Source: Abditibacteriaceae bacterium (GTDB lineage Bacteria; Armatimonadota; Abditibacteriia; Abditibacteriales; Abditibacteriaceae). Taken from it: 41,096 bases of DNA. The position numbers were made by a program, and so were the translations under genes. Shown here piece after piece: positions 35,380 through 41,096 of the stretch. Numbering within the stretch: the stretch's first letter is position 1; each line of letters opens with the position of its first letter. Under the pieces are notes generated by a model that worked only from the letters and a program-made list of their open reading frames with translations, did no database searches and was not told the origin of the DNA. Location of the stretch: contig JANPJS010000128.1 of NCBI GenBank assembly GCA_031425655.1, positions 1-41,096 on the forward strand, given 5' to 3'.

Positions 35380-37212
35380 ATGGACGGAGCCGAAGCATTA
35401 TTGGAAGCCCTCAAACGTGAGGGCGTGGACGCCTTTTTTGGCATTTCCGGCGGCGCAATTCTGCCGATTTACGACGCGCTGGGCAAACAACAGGACATTT
35501 GGAGCATTCTGACGCGCCACGAGCAGGGCGCAGGGCACATGGCCGAAGGCTACGCCCGCGCCACGGGCCGCGTCGGCTGCTGCATCGGCACATCAGGGCC
35601 GGGCGCAACCAACTTGGTGACGGCCATCACCGATGCGTTTATGGACTCGACGCCGGTTGTGTTTTTGTCGGGCCAAGTTGCTACGCCCAACATCGGCAAA
35701 GACGCTTTTCAGGAGTGCGACACTTTCGGCATTACGATGCCGATTGTCAAGCACAGCTACCTCGTCAAGCGCACCGACGACATTCCGCGCATCGTGAAAG
35801 AAGCGTTTCACATCGCGCGCACCGGACGGCCCGGCCCGGTGTTAATTGACTTGCCCAAAGACATCACGGCGGGGCCGCTTTCGGGTGTTTTTGAATATCC
35901 CGAAACCGTGACGCTGCGCGGTTATAACCCGGAAATGCCCGCCGCAACCGAGCAAATTAAAGCTGCCGCCGCCCTCATTGCCGAAGCGAAACAGCCCGTG
36001 ATTTACGCCGGAAACGGCGTCAATGCGGCCAACGCCGCCGACGAATTGATGCAATTCGCCGAGAAGATCAACTGCCCGGTCACGACCACGCTTTTGGGGC
36101 GCGGCGCCTTTCCCGGCGGGCACGTTCTGGCGCTCGATATGTTGGGAATGCACGGCACCGCTTATGCGAATTGGGCGATTCACGAAGCCGATTTAATCAT
36201 CGCTTTGGGCGCGCGTTTCGATGACCGCGTGACGGGAAACCCAACGAAGTGGGCGCCCAACGCCAAAGTGATTCACGTTGACATTGACGCCGCCGAATTG
36301 GGCAAAATTCGCTTCGCCAACGTGCCGATTTTAGGCGACGTGAAAACCGTGATTAAACAGCTCGAAGATGCCTCGGCGCCCAAACAAAACCCGCAATGGC
36401 TGGAGCGCATCGCCAAGTGGAAGCAGGACGCGCCCTTGACTTACGAGCAAACCGGCAAGCTCAAACCGCAGTTTGTCTTAGCCGAATTGGAAAAAGCCAC
36501 CAAAGGCGAGGCGATTCTCACGACGGATGTGGGGCAGCATCAGATGTGGGCCGCGCAGTATTACAATCCGCGCCAGACGCGCAGTTTCATCACGTCCGGC
36601 GGTTTGGGCACGATGGGTTACGGCTATCCGGCGGCCATTGGCGCCAAAGTCGGCTGCATCATGGGCCATCGTCCCGAAGACACCGAAGTCTGGTGCATCA
36701 CTGGCGACGGCTCGTTCCAGATGAACATTCAGGAACTTGCAACCGGCGTGCTTTACGATATTCCCGTAAAAATCGCCGTGCTGAACAACAGTGCTTTGGG
36801 CATGGTGCGCCAGTGGCAGAAGCTGTTCTACTCGAAGCGTTGGAGCGGCATTGACTTGGAAAAGTGCCCCGACTTCGCCAAAGTCGCCGAAGCGTATTCC
36901 GCGACGGGCGTGACGATCCGCGAAGCCGACGAAGTCGCCGACGCCATCCGCGAAGCGCAAAAGAATCCCGGCACCGTCGTCTTGAACTTCCTGACCGACA
37001 CCGAAGAAGACGTGTTTCCGATGATTCCCGGCGGCACTTCGATTCACGACATGATGCTCGACCATGCGGGCGTCGTAGGGGTGCCGGACGCAGCAGGCAA
37101 CATTTTTCGCCCGCAAAACGGCACCGCCGTTGCCGAAACCGCACCGACCACGACGGGCACTTACGTTTCCGAATGGACGGACGATTTAAAGTCGGGAGAA
37201 CAGAAGATTTAA
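35380..37212 (+). CDS. ilvB: Acetolactate synthase large subunit
   Basis: AAGGAG RBS before ATG 35380; RHEQGAGHMAEGYAR, TSGPGATN, GRPGPVLIDLPKD, MLGMHG, RFDDRV, DVGQHQMW, GDGSFQM, GMVRQWQ. Confidence 0.97.
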   Translation: MDGAEALLEALKREGVDAFFGISGGAILPIYDALGKQQDIWSILTRHEQGAGHMAEGYARATGRVGCCIGTSGPGATNLVTAITDAFMDSTPVVFLSGQVATPNIGKDAFQECDTFGITMPIVKHSYLVKRTDDIPRIVKEAFHIARTGRPGPVLIDLPKDITAGPLSGVFEYPETVTLRGYNPEMPAATEQIKAAAALIAEAKQPVIYAGNGVNAANAADELMQFAEKINCPVTTTLLGRGAFPGGHVLALDMLGMHGTAYANWAIHEADLIIALGARFDDRVTGNPTKWAPNAKVIHVDIDAAELGKIRFANVPILGDVKTVIKQLEDASAPKQNPQWLERIAKWKQDAPLTYEQTGKLKPQFVLAELEKATKGEAILTTDVGQHQMWAAQYYNPRQTRSFITSGGLGTMGYGYPAAIGAKVGCIMGHRPEDTEVWCITGDGSFQMNIQELATGVLYDIPVKIAVLNNSALGMVRQWQKLFYSKRWSGIDLEKCPDFAKVAEAYSATGVTIREADEVADAIREAQKNPGTVVLNFLTDTEEDVFPMIPGGTSIHDMMLDHAGVVGVPDAAGNIFRPQNGTAVAETAPTTTGTYVSEWTDDLKSGEQKI

Positions 37213-37286
37213 TTGGGTGCTGGGTGTTAGGTTTTGGGGACTGGGTTTCTGGATTTTTCCAGCACCCAAAACCCAGTGCCCAACAC
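37213..37286. repeat. Heptamer inverted array (same family as 35286-35370)
   Basis: ttgggtgctgggtgttaggttttgggg ... ccagcacccaaaacccagtgcccaacacc. Confidence 0.85.
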
Positions 37287-37303
37287 CGCACCGAAGGTGC
37301 TTT

Positions 37304-37915
37304 ATGAACGAAACGACAATCGCCTCGAACGTGCCCCCGCAGGCCGAGGGGCTGCTTTTACAAAACGGCGTGCCGACGATTATTTCCAGCGGCGTGGCAA
37401 GCGTCAACGCCATGAGCGGCAACGAGCAGTTGCACACGATTTCGATTTTGGTCGAAAATACGCCCGGCGTTTTAGCGCGCGTGTCGCACGTTTTCGCGCG
37501 GCGCGGCTTCAATTTGGAAAGTTTGGCCGTCTCGCGCACTGAAGACCCGACGGTTTCACGCATGACCGTGGTTGTGGCTGGTGACGACGAAGCGTTTACG
37601 CAGATGGGCAAGCAATTGCTCAAGCTGATTGACGTGATTAAAGTCATTGACCACACGCGCGACGACATGGTGGGCCGCGAACTGATGCTCGTCAAAGTGC
37701 GCGCGACCGATTCTTCATCGCGCGCCGAAATCATGCAAATCGCCAGTGCATTTCGCGCCAACGCCGTTGATATCAGCGACACCGCGATGATGCTCGAAGT
37801 GACCGGCAAATCCGACAAACTCGACGCCATCGGACGAATGCTCGAAAAATTCGAGATTCTCGAACTCGTCCGCACCGGCGTGATTGTCCTCAATCGCGGC
37901 GAAAAACAGACTTAA
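37304..37915 (+). CDS. ilvN: Acetolactate synthase small (regulatory) subunit
   Basis: HTISILVEN.PGVLARVS..FARRGFNLESLAV, SRMT, KQL.KLIDVIKV, RELMLVKV, ELVRTG. Start 37304 (GAAGGTG upstream); 37412 is an alternative. Confidence 0.95.
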   Translation: MNETTIASNVPPQAEGLLLQNGVPTIISSGVASVNAMSGNEQLHTISILVENTPGVLARVSHVFARRGFNLESLAVSRTEDPTVSRMTVVVAGDDEAFTQMGKQLLKLIDVIKVIDHTRDDMVGRELMLVKVRATDSSSRAEIMQIASAFRANAVDISDTAMMLEVTGKSDKLDAIGRMLEKFEILELVRTGVIVLNRGEKQT

Positions 37916-37919
37916 ACGG

Positions 37920-37978
37920 CAGGGTTTAGGGTATCGGGTTTTGGGTGTGATTCCAGACCCAGAACCCGATACCCTAAA
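37920..37978. repeat. Heptamer inverted array / hairpin
   Basis: tttagggtatcgggttttgggt ... acccagaacccgataccctaaa. Confidence 0.8.
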
Positions 37979-38011
37979 GAATGTTCTCGAATTCAAAGCG
38001 AGGTGTCGAAG

Positions 38012-38242
38012 ATGCTGACTACGGTTGAAGGTTTTTACAAAAACGGGCAAGTCGAGTTGCTGGAAAAGCCGGCGGGCGTGCAGGAATCGCGCATTATCGT
38101 GACGTTCCTGACATCGAATAGCGCCAAAGCTCAACAACAGGGATTGCAATATGGCAAGTATGCCGGGCCGCGCCTGACCGACGAAGACGATTTCAAAATC
38201 GCCGAGTGGCACGGCGAGCCGGAGTTCAATAAAGAGCTATGA
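38012..38242 (+). CDS. Small protein, DUF104/AbrB-like antitoxin-type N-terminus
   Basis: GAGGTG RBS; MLTTVEGFYKNGQVELLEKP.....RIIVTFL pattern; stop overlaps the next start (ATGA). Confidence 0.65.
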   Translation: MLTTVEGFYKNGQVELLEKPAGVQESRIIVTFLTSNSAKAQQQGLQYGKYAGPRLTDEDDFKIAEWHGEPEFNKEL

Positions 38243-38955
38243 CGATTCTACCTGCCGTGCGCGCCGAATTGGCCCAGCGGTTTATCTTTAATTTTCGGAT
38301 GTCGCCGGCGGCGTTACGCGCCTTTTTGCCGGTCTCTTGGCTGGCGCCGCAAGAAATCAACGGCTGGGCCGTCGCTTCGTATTGCCTGCTCGATTTACGA
38401 AACATCACTATCGCGCCGCTACGGCCCAAAGTCGGTTTGCAAAGCCTGAGTTGCGCGCCTCGCTACGCCGTTCTCGACTGTTCGACCACGCCTCCGCGTC
38501 CGGCAGTCTTTCTCACCGAACGGCAAACGAATTCGGCATTTGGTGCCTGGTTTACTTCACTTGGCTTTTCAGCGCCGCACCCCTATGTTGAAGCGACAAT
38601 TGAAACCTCCGATGTTTGGAAGTTAACTGCGCGCCAACCGGCGGGCGAAATGCTTTTTCAATCGCAGGTGCGCGGCGCGGCGCAAAGCACTTCGCAACTC
38701 TGGGACACGACAGATGAATTCACTCAGTTCATCGCGCAGGGCGTTTCCAGCTATGGGCTTTCCATTCGGGGTTCGCGCTTAACGATGCTCGATTTGCACA
38801 AGCAAGATGGCATTTATGAGCCTCTCGAAGTCGAAAGCATTAGCGGCAGTGCAATCGAAGAATGGCTGGCTGCCGGCGCGGTTTTGGATAGCGCTTTTCG
38901 CACTTCCGGCGGACATTACGAATGGACGTATCGTGGATTAACCGACGGCCCATGA
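38239..38955 (+). CDS. DUF2071 (YqjF-like) family protein
   Basis: R...NFR..P..L..FLP..L.P..ING.AV...CL..L..I pattern; coupled to neighbours on both sides by ATGA overlaps. Confidence 0.6.
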   Translation: MTILPAVRAELAQRFIFNFRMSPAALRAFLPVSWLAPQEINGWAVASYCLLDLRNITIAPLRPKVGLQSLSCAPRYAVLDCSTTPPRPAVFLTERQTNSAFGAWFTSLGFSAPHPYVEATIETSDVWKLTARQPAGEMLFQSQVRGAAQSTSQLWDTTDEFTQFIAQGVSSYGLSIRGSRLTMLDLHKQDGIYEPLEVESISGSAIEEWLAAGAVLDSAFRTSGGHYEWTYRGLTDGP

Positions 38956-39773
38956 CCAGCGTTCTCGAATTCAAAGACGCCACGATTCGCTTCGGCGGAT
39001 TGACCGCTGTCGCGCCGCTGTCGTTTGCGCTGCCGCAAGGCCAATTAGCGGCGATCATCGGGCCAAACGGAGCCGGGAAGACCACGGTTTTTAACCTAAT
39101 TACCGGCGTTTATGCGCCGACGGGCGGCGAAATCTGGGTCGAAGGGCAGCGTGTGGCTTCGCCGGGCAAATGCCTCAAGCCGCATCAACTGACGCGGCGC
39201 GGCGTGGCGCGCACGTTTCAGAACATCCGCTTGTTCGGCGATCTTTCGGTCGAAGATAACGTGCGCTGCGCCTTCGCCGGGCGCGCCGGTTATGGGCTGC
39301 TTTCGACTTTATTGCGCGATGGCAAACAATCGCGGCAGGAAGCGTGGATTTCGTCGGAAACCGCGCGGTTATTGAAAATTTTTGATTTGGACGGGCGCAA
39401 ACACCTTTCCGCGCGCAATTTGCCTTACGGCGACCAGCGCAAGCTCGAAATCGCACGCGCGATGGCGACCAATCCCCAACTGTTGTTGCTCGACGAGCCG
39501 ACTTCGGGCATGAATCCCTCCGAAACCAACGAAGTCACGCAAACTATTCGCTTCGTGCGCGATGAATTCGGCCTCACGGTGCTGCTTATCGAGCATCACA
39601 TGAGCTTGGTGATGGGCATTTGCGAGCGCGTTATCGTGCTGGACGGTGGCGTCAAAATCGCCGACGATGTGCCGCAAAGGGTGCAAAATAATCCTCACGT
39701 CGTTGCCGCGTATTTGGGCGAACCTGATCCCGAAATAGACGAAGCGATTGCCCACGGCGCGGCAGTTGTTTAA
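38952..39773 (+). CDS. livG: Branched-chain amino acid ABC transporter ATP-binding protein (LivG-like)
   Basis: FGGLTAV, GPNGAGKTT.FN, GVARTFQNIRLF, LPYGDQRKLEIARA, LLLDEP, IEH.M, NP.V..AYLG. Confidence 0.9.
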   Translation: MTSVLEFKDATIRFGGLTAVAPLSFALPQGQLAAIIGPNGAGKTTVFNLITGVYAPTGGEIWVEGQRVASPGKCLKPHQLTRRGVARTFQNIRLFGDLSVEDNVRCAFAGRAGYGLLSTLLRDGKQSRQEAWISSETARLLKIFDLDGRKHLSARNLPYGDQRKLEIARAMATNPQLLLLDEPTSGMNPSETNEVTQTIRFVRDEFGLTVLLIEHHMSLVMGICERVIVLDGGVKIADDVPQRVQNNPHVVAAYLGEPDPEIDEAIAHGAAVV

Positions 39774-39861
39774 AATAAAGCCAATTCGCAGACGCGACTA
39801 CGGTTCTCTATAGCACCAACGGCCAAAAGCGTGAAAGGTGCGCCGGGCAAGGCTCTCCCAG

Positions 39862-40611
39862 ATGAAAATAGAATTTCTTGGCACGGCAGGCTATCATCCC
39901 AACGCGCAGCGTCATACGAGTTGCTCTTATGTTTCCGAAATCGAAGCGGCGCCGCACTGCGCTATCGTTTTGGACGCCGGAACCGGACTTTTTCGTTTAA
40001 TGGGCCGCGCTCTGCCGCCGCATTTGCATATTTTTCTTTCGCATTCGCATCTCGACCACGTCAGCGGACTGACGTATTTGCTGAATTTACTGTGGAAACG
40101 CGACACCAAAGTCACGCTTTACGCCGACGCCCGCACCTTAGACGTGGTGCAAAATCAGCTTTTCGATTCTCCGCTGTTTCCACTGCCTTTTAATCATCCC
40201 ACCGTCGTTGTCGAGCCGGGACAGCCGTTGGAAGTGTGCGGCGCTAAAGTGTCCACGTTTTTGCTGACGCATCCCGGCGGCTCGCTGGCTTATCGCTTCG
40301 ATTGGCCGAACAAAAGCCTCGCCTACGTCACCGATACTGCCGGCGACGGACGCTACATTGACTTTGTGCGCGATGTGGATTTGATGATTCACGAGCGCAA
40401 TTTCAGCGATAGTCTGCACGAAATCGCCGCTGCGTCCGGACACTGCACCTCCGAGCAAGTGCTGCGCGTGGTGCGTGAATCGGGCGTGAAGAACATCGCG
40501 CTGACGCACTTCAATCCCCTGACCGAAAGCGAACCTCTCGAAGAAGACTCGCTGCTCGAACTTTGTCCGGCTGCTATTTCGGCGCGCGACGGGTTAATCG
40601 TCGAAATTTAA
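39862..40611 (+). CDS. MBL-fold metallo-hydrolase, RNase Z/BN-like
   Basis: MKIEFLGTAG..P, LDAGTG, SHSHLDH, HP, YVTDT, IHE, GHCT, LTHF. Confidence 0.88.
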   Translation: MKIEFLGTAGYHPNAQRHTSCSYVSEIEAAPHCAIVLDAGTGLFRLMGRALPPHLHIFLSHSHLDHVSGLTYLLNLLWKRDTKVTLYADARTLDVVQNQLFDSPLFPLPFNHPTVVVEPGQPLEVCGAKVSTFLLTHPGGSLAYRFDWPNKSLAYVTDTAGDGRYIDFVRDVDLMIHERNFSDSLHEIAAASGHCTSEQVLRVVRESGVKNIALTHFNPLTESEPLEEDSLLELCPAAISARDGLIVEI

Positions 40612-40633
40612 ATCAAAAGCGAAAACGCTGAAG

Positions 40634-40682
40634 AAGGCAGAACTCCCTGCCCCCTTACTAAGGGGGTTGGGGGTTCTGCCTT
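40634..40682. repeat. REP-like hairpin (CCCCCTT-ACT-AAGGGGG core)
   Basis: aaggcagaactccctgcccccttactaagggggttgggggttctgcctt folds end to end; may also act as a terminator. Confidence 0.7.
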
Positions 40683-40897
40683 TCAGAGTCTGTCTTCACG
40701 CAGCGAGAAATTCGTTGTGTTCGTTAGGAAAAATGTGGACGATGCAGAGGGAGAAGGACGGTTCGTCTCTCAACGATTTCGCTGTTTTCACCCACTTTTC
40801 TTTCTATTTTCCTGCTATCTTTGCCGAATTTCTGCCGCAATCAGCGTTCGCCTTACTCTGGAACACTTTTCCTTGAAAGCGTGAAGACAGACTCTGA
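40683..40897. mobile_element. MITE-like element with perfect 19-bp terminal inverted repeats
   Basis: tcagagtctgtcttcacgc (40683-40701) and gcgtgaagacagactctga (40879-40897); no credible internal CDS; no clear target duplication. Confidence 0.55.
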
Positions 40898-40958
40898 GAC
40901 GAGTGCCTGTTTCGGCAGTTGCGTCCGGCACGAGAGCGCAAGCGCCGAAAAGAGGCAC

Positions 40959-40992
40959 AAAAAAGCGGGAGCGAAATCTTCGCTCCCGCTTT
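40959..40992 (-). terminator. Intrinsic terminator
   Basis: aaagcgggagcgaa-atc-ttcgctcccgcttt, 14-bp stem with a T6 tail on the - strand, 14 nt after the stop at 41007. Confidence 0.85.
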
Positions 40993-41006
40993 GTGCGCCG
41001 TCCGGC

Positions 41007-41096
41007 TTACTTGCCCCAGACTTCAGCTTCGATGTATTGGTTTTGCGGATCGCTGGTGTTGCCACGGCTGTAAAAACGAACGTAGCGCGCTTTCAG
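41007..41096 (-). CDS. 3' end of a gene entering the window; discoidin/F5-8 type C-like C-terminus (partial)
   Basis: Own translation LKARYVRFYSRGNTSDPQNQYIEAEVWGK-stop; ARYVR...E.EV.G is typical of discoidin-like domain ends; not in the ORF track. Confidence 0.7.
   Translation of the reverse strand: MKARYVRFYSRGNTSDPQNQYIEAEVWGK

Noticed and set aside
40667..41065. Track ORFs 40667-40876 (+) and 40853-41065 (-)
   Set aside because: They cross a REP, MITE ends and a terminator; the credible coding frame is the partial gene ending at 41007.

Overview
GC-rich (~58-60% by eye) bacterial chromosomal window. Gene content (DUF6785-like membrane protein, CSLREA/choice-of-anchor-Q adhesins, T-box-controlled ilvBN) suggests Abditibacteriota/Armatimonadota, but that is inference only. 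The housekeeping backbone is nadE, PGM/PMM, a GT39 glycosyltransferase, a NAGPA-family protein, holA, MoxR-DUF58-transglutaminase, comEC, prmA-rsmE, an STAS/RsbW pair, T-box-ilvB-ilvN, a LivG-like ATPase and an RNase Z-like MBL hydrolase. Main accessory features: (i) four tandem secreted beta-helix/Calx-beta paralogues that all end in an F[EQ]N[GD]..EPS[EQ]-stop motif, have mosaic middles, and share a duplicated 109-bp intergenic hairpin cassette; (ii) a JAB/JAMM-motif gene plus a small basic gene translationally coupled to PGM; (iii) a dense set of small repeats, namely heptamer inverted arrays in most intergenic gaps, REP-like palindromes (two in-frame inside the GT39 gene), a 15-20 bp mini-hairpin nested in three different repeat families, a MITE-like element, and four inserts bounded by 16-26 bp direct repeats. 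I found no rRNA, tRNA, CRISPR array, transposase or integrase. Family names come from motif recognition, not database searches.
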